A stretch of DNA of 64,000 nt from Octopus sinensis. Its lineage: Eukaryota. The stretch spans positions 89,900,001-89,964,000 of the forward strand of contig NC_043004.1 of NCBI RefSeq assembly GCF_006345805.1, read 5' to 3'. The position numbers and the translations under genes are program-made. Within the stretch, counting starts at the first letter, position 1; every line of letters starts with the position of its first letter. The notes under the pieces are model-generated. The model worked only from the letters and a program-made list of their open reading frames with translations. It did not search any database and was not told the origin of the DNA. Below, in pieces: positions 51,355 to 64,000 of the stretch.

Positions 51355-52234
51355 CATGTACATATACATATAATAATAACTATCACTTCAATCATAAAGA
51401 GTGGAGCAAAACTATGTGCTTAGTCATAATGGCTTAAACACCTAAAATAATTGAAAGAACTATGCTGAGTGGTGAGGCTCCTGTTCAAGAATCTAAAAGT
51501 TTTGGAAAGTATGAAGTTATCCTTTAATCATTGCTATTCCTAGGTACACTGTAACCTTAGATGATAGTTCTTGTCAAGGGAAAACCCAGTTATGGATCAT
51601 ATAGCAGATGGTCCTGTGGCAAAGGTATACAAGACTCGGGCAAGGAATGGCTCTTAGACGTTTTTCACAGTCCCACTAGTATGTGGATATACCTTAATGT
51701 CATGTGATTTAGTCCCTCTGCCTAAGGGTTAAATAGTAAGCTTGGGAGAACAAGACACTAGTAGAGCAAACTGTAAATAAACCAACAGAAGATAATGTAA
51801 AAACCACTGATGTATCTTTCCCAAGAAAAAACAAGAATCTTCAGACTTTAGCACAAAGATTCCATGATCACTGATGCCAGTAGGCATAGTACATGAAAAT
51901 CCCTCTATGTGACACTTTAAGCATGCGATCTACTATAGCCTTGGGCCAAATAAAGCCTTGTGAGTGGATTTAGTCAGTGGAAACTGAAAGAAGCTTATCA
52001 TGTGTATGTATGTATGTATGTATATATGTATCTATGTTTCCGTGTCTTTGTGTTGGTGTTTATCCATGACTACTGCTTGACAATTGGTGTTGGTTTATTT
52101 ACATCTCTCTAACTTAATGGTTTGGCAAATAGATATTGATAGAATAAATACCAGGATTAGAAAAGCAAATATTGAGGTCAATTTGTTCAACTAAACCCTT
52201 CAAGGCAATGCTTATACACACACACACACACTAT

Positions 52235-52860
52235 AAGAACCCATAGTATGGTAGACGCCATAGCCACTCATAATAAGGAGTACTTGTGGAATGTCCCAGT
52301 GAAAACTTCAATAAAATGTAAACATAATAGACCTGACATAGTGATTTGGGATAGAGAAGAGAAACTGTGTACAGTTGGGGAAATCAGCTGCCTGGAGGAA
52401 GTTAACAAAAAGCTAAAGATCAGCGATAATGAAAATACCTATGCTAAACTATTGAGTAAATCTACGGTAACTCTACCCAGACTATGAGTTCAGGTTTATA
52501 CCCGTAATTATTGAGGCACTGGGATATGTAACACACTGAATAAGTACCAGTCTTGAGAAATTAGGCCTCTCAAAACCAGAAAAGAGAAAACTGGTTGGAA
52601 TCCATCATGGGAACTAAAAAATCTGTAAAACTTTCCAGAAGTTTACATTAAATATATATGAGCATATCTAGACATACAATTATATGCATGAGAAAACATA
52701 CATAAACAAAACATAAAAATCTGCACATATACATACACACATACAAAAATACCCTGTTGATGTTGTTTAAATTCCAATGAAGGAGCCTTGGATCTAGGTT
52801 AGAAAACAGCTCATTCTCTATTTGCAAGAAATCTTGATACAAACTGAATAATGACTGACA
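52235..52860 (+). pseudogene. RLE-type LINE 3' end (restriction-like endonuclease)
   Basis: WNVPVKTSIKCKHNRPDIVIWDREEKLCTVGEISC, followed by IPVIIEALG in another frame. Confidence 0.75.
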
Positions 52861-52880
52861 TACATACATATGTACATACA

Positions 52881-52912
<32 letters not shown>

Positions 52913-52947
52913 CATACCATTAAGTGTGGGGGTAATGCTCTGATTGG

Positions 52948-54037
52948 TGAGCTGGCAGAAACGTTAGCACGCCGGGCGAAATGCGTAGTCGTATTTCGTC
53001 TGTCGTTACTTTGTGAGTTCAAATTCCGCCAAGGTCGACTTTGCCTTTCCTCCTTTTGGGGTCGATAAATTAAGTACCAGTTATGCACTGGGGTTGAGGT
53101 AATCGACTAAATACCTATGTCTGTCCTTGTTTGTCCCCTACGTATGTCAGTTGATACCATCTCTGGCAAGGGCTTTGAAATAAAACCAAGAAGAAGTTCC
53201 AGACACCCAGCTGAGTACTTGACAGACACTGACTTTGCTGACGACATCGCTCTTATCAGTGATTCTCTCTCCAATGCCCAGTCTCTTTTACAATCTCTTG
53301 AACAAGCCTCAAATTGTGTATGTCTTTACCTCAATGAGACCAAAACTGAATACATAAACAAGTGCCTGTCCAACAGTGATTGCATCATCCACACTCTCAA
53401 CAGTGCACCTTTAAATATGGTTTCTGATTATAAATATCTTGGGTCATACATATCATCATCTGGAAAAGACTTTCTAACTAGAAAGGGTATGGCCTGGTCA
53501 GCCTGTAATGACATGCATAAGATCTGGTCATCAAATCTAAGTAGAGACTTCAAACTTGAAATATTCAAAGCCACAGTCGAACCAATCCTACTATATGGCT
53601 CAGAAACCTGGACGTTATCAAAGAAGCTTGAGAGGCGGTTGGATGGAACCTACACTCGCCTCCTTATGAGAGCTCAAAATCTCTCGTGGAGGCGCCATCC
53701 AACTAAAATGCAAATATATGGGAAATTACCACCTGTGTCATCTCTTGTGAAAGGTAGGAGAGTCCAGTTTGCTGGACATTGTTGTAGAGCTGAAAAAGAA
53801 GTAATTTCTACTCTTCTCCTCTGGAAGCCATCTACTCGCAACACCAGAGGGCACACACTCTCCTACCCTGATGTAATCTCCAGGGATACAGGCATCCAGC
53901 AACAGGACCTCCGTAATGCTATGATGAACCGTGAAGTCTGGCGCAACATGGTAAATTCCATTGTCTCGACCACGGTCGAACAATGATGATGATGATTGTC
54001 CCCTCTATGTTTAGCCCTTTGTGAGTAATAAAGAAAT
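52948..54037 (+). mobile_element. SINE A split by a LINE insertion
   Basis: SINE body 52948-53139 resumes at 53996. Confidence 0.88.
53140..53995 (+). mobile_element. Young 5'-truncated RTE-group LINE with open ORF2 frame
   Basis: LTDTDFADDIALIS, YKYLGSYI, ILLYGSETWTL, FAGHC; no stops over about 280 codons; stop merges into a (TGA)n tail; TSD ttgtcccct at 53131-53139 and 53996-54004. Confidence 0.92.
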
Positions 54038-54174
54038 TGGTAATGCTCTGACTAAAAACTCACTGAGATATTAATAGATATATAGAACTCAGGAGTAATC
54101 TCACAATGATTCATAGATGCTATAACAGTGCATTTGCATAAACAGAAAGGTAACAAATGTGAATGTGATAACCA

Positions 54175-55610
54175 TCATGACATCTCACTCCTTTCAATTG
54201 CTGAAAAAATCCTCTCAAGAATGATTTTAACTTGAACAAATTTTAAATAGAATAAATAGAACAAATTGCTGAACATTGTGTATCCTGTAAGTAGTGTGAT
54301 TTCAGGGCTGGCTGTGGAATAGCAGATATGATATTTAGCTGGCAGCAGGTGCAGGAAACGGTTCACAAATATGAAAAAGATTTCTCTGTAGTACTTGTTG
54401 ATCTCTCGAAAGCCTTTGACATAGTGTGTCAATAAGCATTATAATAATAATAATGAAATTATTGTATACAGTGCTCAGGTGCACCACAACTTGTCAGAAA
54501 GTGCATATATAAAGTACATGCAGTAATGTAGAAATGTCTGGAAAGTGAACATGCTTGTGTGTGTATCAAGTGTAGTGTTGGCGAATCTCAGGAAGCATGG
54601 AAGTTTTGAAGGATGCAGTGCTCCGACAACTAACAACCGATGCCGGCAGTTTGTTCCACGCTTCAGCAACTCTCAGCGTGAAAAAATGTTTCCTGAAGTC
54701 ATGGGAGCTGTGCTGTTTTCTGACTTTGTAAATATGTCCACGGGTGTTAGATGGGTGGAGTTTGAAGAGGTGCTCAGAGTTATTGTTTGTGCGATGGTTG
54801 ATAATTTTATGGGTGTCTGCCAAGTCAGCTGCCAGACGTCGGAGTTTCAATGTGTCCATGCCCAGGGAAGTAAGGCGTTCAGGATATGGCAAATGCCTGA
54901 TGGAGGGTATTCTTTTGGTTGCACGTCGCTGAACAGCTTCCAGACGATTGATGTCCTGGGCAAGATAGGGGTTCCAGACCGGTGATGCAAATTCCAGGTG
55001 AGGTCTTACCATAGCTATATAAAGCCGCAGATAGATAGCCGGAGAGCGGCTCACAAAGGATTTGGTGAGTGATGCCAAGACACCCTCAGCCTTCTTGACA
55101 ATTTTAGCGATGTGTTTTGTCCAACGCAAATCACTGTTGACAATAACACCCAGGTCACGTTCACTTGAAGACTTTTTGAGACTAGTGTTGTGGAGGGAGT
55201 AGGTGGACGCTGGGTTTCTCCTCCCAAAATGCATGGTGGTACATTTGTCCACAGCCAGCTTGAGTTGCCAGTCCATGATCCACTGCTGCATTGTGTCCAG
55301 GTCTGGAAAGTCTTATCTATACAAAAGTTGAATGTGATTATGGTATTGCATAGGGATATGAAACCCTTTGCTGTCTCAAATGGGGATCAACCACAGCAAT
55401 TTGAAGTGAGAAATTGTACAAAACTAGGATGCATGTTGTTGTTCACAAAGATTTTCAAACAGAAGAACAGAGATAAACGTTTTCTTCAAACTTTCATTTC
55501 ATATTCCCCAAAATATTCAGACAGTGGATATTTCTAAAGAAAACCAGGCTCAGTTTACCAGCTGATGATCAGAAATAAGTAGCTCTGAACATTGGAGTCT
55601 TCCACTTATA
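54175..55610 (+). pseudogene. Old RTE RT fossil split by a CR1 insertion
   Basis: ISLLSIAEKILSRMIL..FRAGCGIADMIF..VDLSKAFD (54175-54430) continues as LHRDMK...FEVRNCTKLGCML (55320-55450). Confidence 0.7.
54436..55310 (-). mobile_element. 5'-truncated CR1-clade LINE
   Basis: 241-aa open frame WQLKLAVDKC...ERDLGV...VRPHLEFASPVWNPY...WNKLP; 3' tail gtgcacctgagcactgtata plus (TTA)n. Confidence 0.92.
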
Positions 55611-55639
55611 ATGTATCAAAGAATACTCTCTCTCTCTCT

Positions 55640-55706
55640 CTGTATCTATCTATCTATCTATCTATCTAATCTATCTATCTATCTATCTATTTATCTACCT
55701 ACCTAC

Positions 55707-55738
<32 letters not shown>

Positions 55739-55778
55739 TCATCTACCTGTCTATCTACCTACCTACCTACCTACCTAC

Positions 55779-55817
<39 letters not shown>

Positions 55818-55826
55818 CCTACCTAC

Positions 55827-55862
<36 letters not shown>

Positions 55863-55894
55863 TCATCTACCTGTCTATCTACCTACCTACCTAC

Positions 55895-55928
<34 letters not shown>

Positions 55929-55930
55929 CT
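55640..55930. repeat. (CTAT)n/(CTAC)n compound microsatellite
   Basis: Direct reading. Confidence 0.95.
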
Positions 55931-55939
55931 ATATATATA

Positions 55940-56396
55940 GCATCATTATCATCATCATCATCATTGTTTTACGTCCACTTTCCATGCTGGCATGGGTTGG
56001 ATGGTTTGACTGAGGACTGGTGAGCCAGAGGCTGCACCAGGCTCCAATCTGATCTGGCAACGTTTCTGCAGCTGAATGCCCTTCCTAATGCCAACCACTC
56101 CAAGAGTGTAGTGGGTGCTTTTACATGCCACCGGCACGAGGGCCAGTCAGGCGGTTCTGGCAGCGACCATGCTCAAAAGGTGTTTTTACGTGCTACCTGC
56201 ATGGGAGCCAGTTCAGCAGTACTGGCAATGACTACGCTTCAATGTTGTTATTCCCATGTCACCAGCACATGTGCCAGTAAAGCGACACAGGCAACGATCG
56301 TGCTTGAATGGTGCTTTTCACATGTCACACCGGCACAGGAGCCAATTTGTAGTCCTGGCAACGATCAGGCTCAGATGTGCTTTTAACATTCCACTG

Positions 56397-56436
<40 letters not shown>

Positions 56437-56661
56437 TTCTTTACTGCCCAGAAGGGGCTAAACATAGAGGGGACAAACAAGGACAGACGAAGGGATTGAG
56501 TCGATTATATAGCCCCCAGTGCGAAACTGGTACTTTATTTATCGACCTCGAAAGGATGAAAGGCAGAGTTGACCTCGGCGGAATTTGGACTCAGAACATA
56601 ATGACAGACGAAATACCGCTAAGCATTTCGCCTGGTGCGCTAATGTGTCTGCCAGCTCGCC

Positions 56662-56662
<1 letters not shown>
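55940..56662 (-). mobile_element. Older family C repeat (55940-56398) and SINE A (56433-56662)
   Basis: Reverse-complement matches to both families. Confidence 0.82.
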
Positions 56663-56693
<31 letters not shown>

Positions 56694-57199
56694 CACACAC
56701 ACACACACACATACACAGACTGTTAGAGATACATACTAAATATCTGAAGCATTGAGACAGTGTATGTATGTATGGATAAGTTGCAATAGGTTCCCATGTG
56801 TATGTTTGCTAAACATGCATTCAGCCTCATGGTTCTCTACTTAGGATGGGTTGAGAACAAGTCATTTATTTTTGATTGACTATTGCTGTCTTATCAAGAA
56901 TGTATACAAATATTCAATCTACTTATGAAAATTGCTACAAGTAAGAGGCAAAGCTTCTACTCATTTGTATATGAATACTTTTGCTGGCAGTTGAAAGTAA
57001 TTGCAATAACTCATCAACTTCCAAATTTTTGACTCATTTTGAAATGATTAAAAGTGCAACACAAGACCAAAGATCAGTGAATCAAAAATAAGTTTGTTTG
57101 GAAAATCATTTTAATTCTTGAGTACGTTCTATGGAGAGAGCCCTGAGATTTAACATTAGGATCTATTTACACAGTGAGGTTGAATGTATTGAGATATTG

Positions 57200-57527
57200 A
57201 GACCCCCTTCAATCATGACTGACCATGGGATTGCACCTAGAAAGTTATCTTCCCAGGCACAAGTCCGGCCAAGGTTGCTTATGGAAGACCAGCAGTTGCC
57301 CATGCATACTTGTCTCCCCTCTCCATGTCACCAGTGTTATCCAAGGGAAAGGCAAAGGGGTTGATACAGCTTGGCACCTGTGACGTCGCAACTCATTTCT
57401 ACAGCTGAGTGAACTGGAGCAACTTGAAATAAAGTGTCTTGCTCAAGAACACAACATGCAGCCCGGTCCGGGATTCAAACTCACAACCTCACGATCGTAA
57501 GCTCGATGCTCTAACCACTGAGCCATG
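57200..57527 (-). mobile_element. tRNA-derived SINE family E (V-SINE-like central region)
   Basis: Minus-strand TGGCTCAGTGGttagagc...GAGTTTGAATCC boxes, then tgttgtgttcttgagcaagacacttta. Confidence 0.75.
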
Positions 57528-58096
57528 AATGTATACTTATAAGATATTTGTATGTGACTTTGTGAACTTCTTTACAATGTGTGTGTGTGTGTATGTGTGT
57601 GTGTGTGTGTATGTGTGTGTGTATGTGTGTGTGTGTATTTGTGTATGTGTGGGCGTGTGTATGTAAGAGAGCGAATAGCTTTAACAATAAAAAATATAGT
57701 TCAACAATAAAATATTCTTCAGCTTAATTCTGAACAATATATTGACTCTCATACAAGATAGCAAATTTTAAGAATACTGCATCATTGTAGCAACTATAAA
57801 TAATTCCTACATTCAGTACTTCAACAATAACCTCTACAAACCTTACATAGACTATTGCTGAGAGTGGAAGTAAAGTACAATAAAAATATCACTACTTCTG
57901 TGACCAGCAACAACGTGAGCTGAAATACCACCCAGTGTATTTGATCATTAGTCACATGTCATTCCAGCTAAGCCATTGCTTTCTGTTATTCTATAAGAAA
58001 ACAGTAATATCATGTAACTTCAACATTAGGTGGATACTCATCATAAAACTTGAGTAGTAAAAATGAAATAAATTACTGAGATCAGTTATTGAAATA

Positions 58097-58320
58097 CCTA
58101 TTTCTTTACTACCCACAAGGGGCTAAACACAGAGGGGACAAACAAGGACAGACATAGGTATTAAGCCGATTATATCGACCCCAGTGCGTAAATGGTACTT
58201 ATTTAATTGACCCTGAAAGGATGAAAGGCAAAGTCAACCTTGGCGGAATTTGAACTCAGAATGTAACCCCTGACGAAATACGGCCATGCATTTCACCCGG
58301 CGTGCTAACATTTCTGCCGC
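58097..58320 (-). mobile_element. SINE family A
   Basis: Family match. Confidence 0.88.
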
Positions 58321-59608
58321 CATCCACATGAAAAACAATAGTTAAAATTTGGTATTAAAGCTAACTGGAAATAATTATAGAGTTAAGAAAAAAAATAGGT
58401 ATCAAAATTAGCATATTTAAAAATAAATTACTGTAGTGTCTCTGAGTAATTATCTTGCAAGTTGTTTTTAAATATGCTAATCTTTTATGCCAACTTATGT
58501 ACAATACTGAACATATAATTAGCAATTCTCGCATCACTACTTTGTGAAATACAGTAAGTCTTTGTTTTACTAAAGTGGTCTTTGTTTTACTGAGGTGTTT
58601 TACTGAGGTGTTGTTGTTGCTTATCAGAATGAAATAAAATTTGACTCATGGAGTTAATGTCTTTTCCTTATCTCATAAATATTTCTAATTAGATTTTGTT
58701 ATGCTCTCTGCATTAAATTTGGTTTTATAGGTTGTAATATGTTCTATTCTGAAATTCTTATGTGATATTTATGACAAAAATTGTGTGAAGAAAATTACTA
58801 GGCTATTGCCAAGCATCTCTAAAATGATAATGGCACTAGTTTGCATTTAAACTTTGTTGCAGTTTCTGATAAACTCAAAATCAAAAAATAATAACATGCA
58901 TATTTATTGTGACAGAACAGCACTGCAGTTTGCATACAATTTTCACTTCTGAATCAAGTCCCTGATGTTCGAAATACAATACAGTAACTTAGTGGAAAAT
59001 ATGTTATGTTCTGCTTAGTAATCCTTGTGTTCTGGTTATCAACATTATTTTTGACAATATTATCAGCTCTGACAAAATAAGACTAATGTTTGTTGTTACA
59101 TATTTAAATATATATTTCTTTCTTATCACTCACTGTAATAAATCACACATCTAAATTTGTAATATCAATATGATCAGTGACAACATATTTTCCATGAACT
59201 GTGGACTGCAATCAATACTTTCCAATCCCAAGTTTGAATAGCCACTTCATTCTTCCAAGAACTAGTATCTATTCCTTATTCAACTAATTCTACACAGGAA
59301 TTCTATGAAATCCATCAACATTAAATGTCTTCTTTTTGTGTTTGGGAAATTTATATGTAATTAATGAAATCACCAAATGATTAATCCTTACTGTAACCAT
59401 TTCTGATACCCTACAACAAGGTTCCAATAACCAGTTTATGGTTTGTAGATCATGTTTAAAAAGCATTCATTTGAGGGACTTCCATGTGAGATAGTTAATC
59501 TTGATCTGTGTTAGTACCCTGGTTGCAGAGCAAACAGCAACCTCACTACTCACAATTATTTTCCATTCTCTGATTTAATACAGCTCTAAAATATTAATTT
59601 GAAGCAGT

Positions 59609-61103
59609 CAGGGCTGGCCTTAAGCCAACTGGACTGATTACTGCCAATCAGGCCACATGTCAAAGGGGGCCCTGCGCTCATGAGGGCCACATTCTATACT
59701 GCAAAAATTTCATAAAAATGGTCTCCCTGAAGTCTTTAAAAAAAAATCTATATTGTCTTTCAAAAAGAAAAGTAAAAGCATACTTTCTACACTTCAGCGA
59801 TACAAGATATCAAAAGATAAACCCATATTGGATGAGATCTCACAGCAGCCTTTGCCATCTCCGAGACTGGAGCGAGATCTCATCCAATATGGCACTGACT
59901 GCTTGTGCTGCTACAGTGTCATTCGCCCCCTTCTGAAAACTGAATGCAAAAATATCTTTATAAACAATATTCATTTCAAGTATAATTGTGACGTATATCA
60001 GATTTCAAATTATAGTCCCATACACTGTTTCATGCTACTTCTTTATATCTCCCTTCATACAAGACAATGCCACAGAAACGAAAATCGGCGCTCAGACAAA
60101 ATATAAGGCATGCTGCCACAGTGCACAACAAGCAGTCAACTGATGATTTTAGAGAGGATGAGCAAGAAAAAATACACAAGCACAAAGTGTAAAGCGGAAA
60201 AACATACAAGTAAGAGCTGCCAAGCAGGAAAAAGACACTGAAGCACAAGAGTTCAGATGGAGAAATCCTGCAGAACAACAACTAAATACCCATGCACATG
60301 AAGTAAGGAGGACAGATCCAGTAGTTACAGCTGCAGAGCAGGAAAAAGTACCCAATCACGTCAACTATGGAGAAAAGACCCAGTACTTAGAGCTGAGGAG
60401 CAAAGTAGGAGAATAATCAAAACTCACCATTATTTATATTCTGTTACATTTCCCATGCCATATTTCAGTATAAATATATTCATGCTTAAAGTTGTTATAC
60501 TTTTCCACCCTCCTTTCATTTCCCATCACAGATGGATAGGTTTGCTAGTACTAGAAATAGCAGTTATTGTTAGCCGCTCTCCAGCCATCTATTTAAAACT
60601 GTATACAGCTATGGTACGACCACACTTGGAATTCGCATCATCAGTTTGGAACCCCTATCTTGCTCAGAACATTGACCTGGAATCTGTCCAGAGATGTGCA
60701 ACCAAACGCATACCCTCCATCAGACACCTACCATATTCTGAACGCCTTGTTTCCCTGGACATGGATTCACTGAAGCTCCGGCGTCTGGCGACGGACTTGG
60801 TAAACACCCACAAAGTTATCAACCACCTCACCAACAACAACACTGAACACCTTTTTGATCTCCATGTGTCTAACACACGTGGACATGCCTACAAAGTCAG
60901 AAAACAACACAGCTCCCATGACTTTCGGAAACATTTTTTCACGCTCAGAGTTGCTGAAGCATGGAATAAACTGCCTGCGTCAGTTGTTGACTGCCATGAC
61001 ACTGCATCTTTTAAGACCCTCATGCTTTCCGAAATCCGCCGAAACTACACCTGATTATATATACACTTTAGATGAGTTGTAGTGCACCTGAGCACTGTAC
61101 ACA

Positions 61104-61139
<36 letters not shown>

Positions 61140-61349
61140 TTATAAACATACAAAACAGCCACTATTATAATGATGCTGCAAAGGGGAAAAAAGTCCTCTG
61201 CAGTATATTTGGAGGCAAGAATAGTTGATAGCACCTGAAAACAAAACAAGGGAAAAAACATAACTCCAAGGTGGGCAGGGGAGGGAATTTCCAAGGTGTA
61301 TGTTGGCTGGGGAAAAAATTGGGCCCCGCACCTCCTAAGGCCAGCTCTG
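59609..61349. mobile_element. Non-autonomous hAT element carrying cargo and a nested CR1
   Basis: TIRs CAGGGCTGGCCTTAAG / CCTAAGGCCAGCTCTG; 8-bp TSD gaagcagt (59601-59608) / gatgcagt (61350-61357). Confidence 0.8.
60567..61140 (+). mobile_element. 5'-truncated CR1 LINE, near-identical to the 10803 copy
   Basis: Same ORF end and 3'UTR; (TTA)n tail. Confidence 0.92.
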
Positions 61350-62800
61350 GATGCAGTATAGATGTGCAAAGCCTGCTATAATTAATAAATTTTTAGACTC
61401 ATCAATATACTGCTCTTGACATATGTCCTATTTTCTTTAGGTTCCCTAAAATAGTGCTCTTGACACTTGTCCTAAGTTTCTGCAGAGCAGTGACTGATGC
61501 AAATAAATTCCGCCTCAAGGGGTGACATTCATAAATAGACCTAAAGATCATTCCTTGGTATTTTTGTAGTATATTTTGCTTGCTGGACAGTTGGAAAATT
61601 CTCTCAAAGAGTAGAATAATTAGAAACAACATAATGAATGATGACAACTATCATGATACAGAGAAGTTGTACATGAAAAACTGTTAATTGTTGCTCAAAG
61701 AATTCCAGAAAATTGGGAACTTTTTCAAATCTTTCAAAATGTTTAAAATTATGATGTAAAATCTACTTTGAACAATTACAAATTCAACCATTAATACAAT
61801 TGCTCATATCTTTAAGACAATATTTCTGGCAAAAGTCTTCAGTTATGATGAGAAGAAATATTAATTTCATTTTCCATTACCCTAGAGTCCACTGTAACTT
61901 TTAATCCTTTGCCTACCAGAAACACTTTCAACATCTTTTGAGTCACCAGTTGTCTTGAAATTTGTCACCATGACATGGTCCAGTCAACTTCACTGGAATC
62001 TGTGCCACAAAGAGGCACAGATTATCAGTGAAAATAGCAATATCATTGTAGAATGGCATTTTATAAACTTGAAATGGTGAGTTCAGTTTCTCCTACAGAG
62101 TAAAGAATGCTATGAGAATCCACTTTGGATTTTCACTTCTATAGAGACACCAGGATTTGTCAAAATTTACCAGTGATCTTCCGTAGTAAATATATCATAT
62201 ATAAACACAATTCTTTCTGAATCTGAATAAAAAAGAAACCTATTTGTAATGTTAATATCATTCCAACCATAAAACTGTTTATATTTGAATAAGTTTCTTA
62301 ATTTAGGGTAATATGAAATGATATCTTATAACATTCATATCAAAAGAATTAACATCATTAGTGATGTGAAATAATTTCAACAGCACAGCTATCTCAGTCC
62401 TCTGTGAGATTAACTCTTAATCCAAACAACTCATCATCATACATATTCTTGACACTTTTTAAATAGTAAAAAAAAGACAAAAAAAGATTAATTTAACAAA
62501 AAACAGTTTTGTTTGGAAAATTATTTTAATAGCAAAAATAATAGTAAATAAAATGTTTATTATCAAATAAAATTTCAATCTAGTTTTCATATCAAGCAAA
62601 TATACAAGTAAACAGGTATAATACAGCAATGAAATGAACAGTGTTCAACTGATTGTTTGTGTATTTATTGCCAATTACTTTATTCATCAAAATAATATTC
62701 ACACACTCAAATATACATACACTGTACTATCGTACAGTTAAAATTTTTCATTTTTTCTATGAATATGAATTTGCATGTTTGTGGATGTAAGTTCATATTC

Positions 62801-62859
<59 letters not shown>

Positions 62860-62863
<4 letters not shown>

Positions 62864-63280
62864 TGATTGAATATAAAGCTCACCTTGCAACCAATTAGTT
62901 TCAGGTAAAATCTTACTGCACAGCACCTTGGGCAAAGGTCTTTTACCATAGCCCTGGATCAACCAATGCCCCGTGATTGAATTTGGTAGATAGAAACTGT
63001 GCGAAAGACTGTTTTGTGTGTGTGTGTGTGTATGTGTGTGTGTGTGTGTATGTGCATGCGCAAATGCATGTGTGTCTGTTCTTGTCCCTCACTCACTACT
63101 TAACAACTGGTGTTGGTTTGTTTACATCCCAGTAACTTATCAGTTTGGCAAAATAGACCAAAAGAATAAGTACCAGACTTAAAAAGTAAGTACTGTGGGG
63201 TTGGTTTGTTTGGTTAAAACATTGCAAGGTGGTGCATCAGCATGGCCACAGTAAAGTGACTGAAACAAATGAAAGATAAA
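62860..63280 (+). mobile_element. Old diverged SINE B
   Basis: gcaccttgggcaaag core, (TG)n, agcatggccacagt...actgaaacaa tail. Confidence 0.75.
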
Positions 63281-64000
63281 AGATGTGTGTATGTGTACAT
63301 ACATACATACACACATCTTCACATACATGTGCATGTATGTATGAATGGATACATGCATAAAACATATCCATAGAAAATTGCATATTTGTGTGTGAGCAGG
63401 CATATGTGAATGCATATAAAAATGAAACTAAGTTGAGTCAGATTGTAAATCACATAAATCAAATGATTAGCAATAACAAGCAAAATGATTTTAACTAGAT
63501 TGAACAGAATTCACAGTATATGAAGATGGAAAATAATTTTACATTATAAACATTTGTTTCAACATAACTTGGGAAAGGAGATCAAAAATTCTTCATACTA
63601 CAATGATAACTGATTTTGTACATAGCATGTATAAAAAAACAAATCCAATTTACACACTTTTATTCATATATATCTGGGAATAAGGCCAAGCAAGAGATTC
63701 AGAATAAGTATAGGAATGAAAGATCATTTCCATGAATTTATGTATCACTTTCTTTTCGATATTAAAAAATAGAATAATGTTTCATCAATGACTTCACATA
63801 TCATACAAAAAATAAAATATAAAAGGATTGCATTAGAATATAGAACTCTAAAAGACAGAGACTTTGGGGATTTGTAAAGCTAAAAGAAATAACAGAAGCA
63901 TTGGATTTACAATATTTATCATCATGAAGATGACATAGTTTGGAAAAATGAAACAAATAGGTGAGATACTTTAGGGTCAATGTATTAGAGAAAAAAATGT

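Noticed and set aside
52770-52815. Hammerhead-like ccaatga...agaaa in RLE LINE 3'UTR
   Set aside because: Core does not match CUGANGA and the stems are not supported.

Overview
AT-rich, repeat-dense eukaryotic (animal) genomic DNA. The SINE families, (AT)n/(ATC)n microsatellite load and LINE content resemble an octopus/coleoid cephalopod genome; this is an inference, not a database result. Only one host gene is convincing: an 88-aa SMIM12 orthologue (18695-18961, +) behind a splice acceptor, with a candidate promoter about 9 kb upstream that carries a near-perfect RFX X-box. Almost everything else is transposon-derived. This includes two decayed Ty3/Gypsy elements, RTE, CR1, L1/Tx1-like and RLE (R4/Dong-like) LINE fragments, four tRNA-derived SINE families and a dispersed LINE-3'UTR repeat. 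It also includes Helitrons, hAT, piggyBac and Tigger MITEs with intact target-site duplications (TSDs), a pogo transposase fossil and perfect fold-back palindromes. The most notable non-coding signal is a set of type I hammerhead ribozymes (HHRs): five complete motifs in two unrelated non-coding repeat families, plus one degenerate minimal motif beside a Penelope ORF remnant. They sit in about 470-490-nt Penelope-like/retrozyme units arranged as tandem plus inverted copies inside (AT)n tracts. One family shows base-pair covariation between copies; the other has an unusually long stem II with a competing pairing. Most short six-frame ORFs are artefacts of repeats. Repeat boundaries are read by eye and are approximate unless a TSD or terminal inverted repeat (TIR) is quoted.
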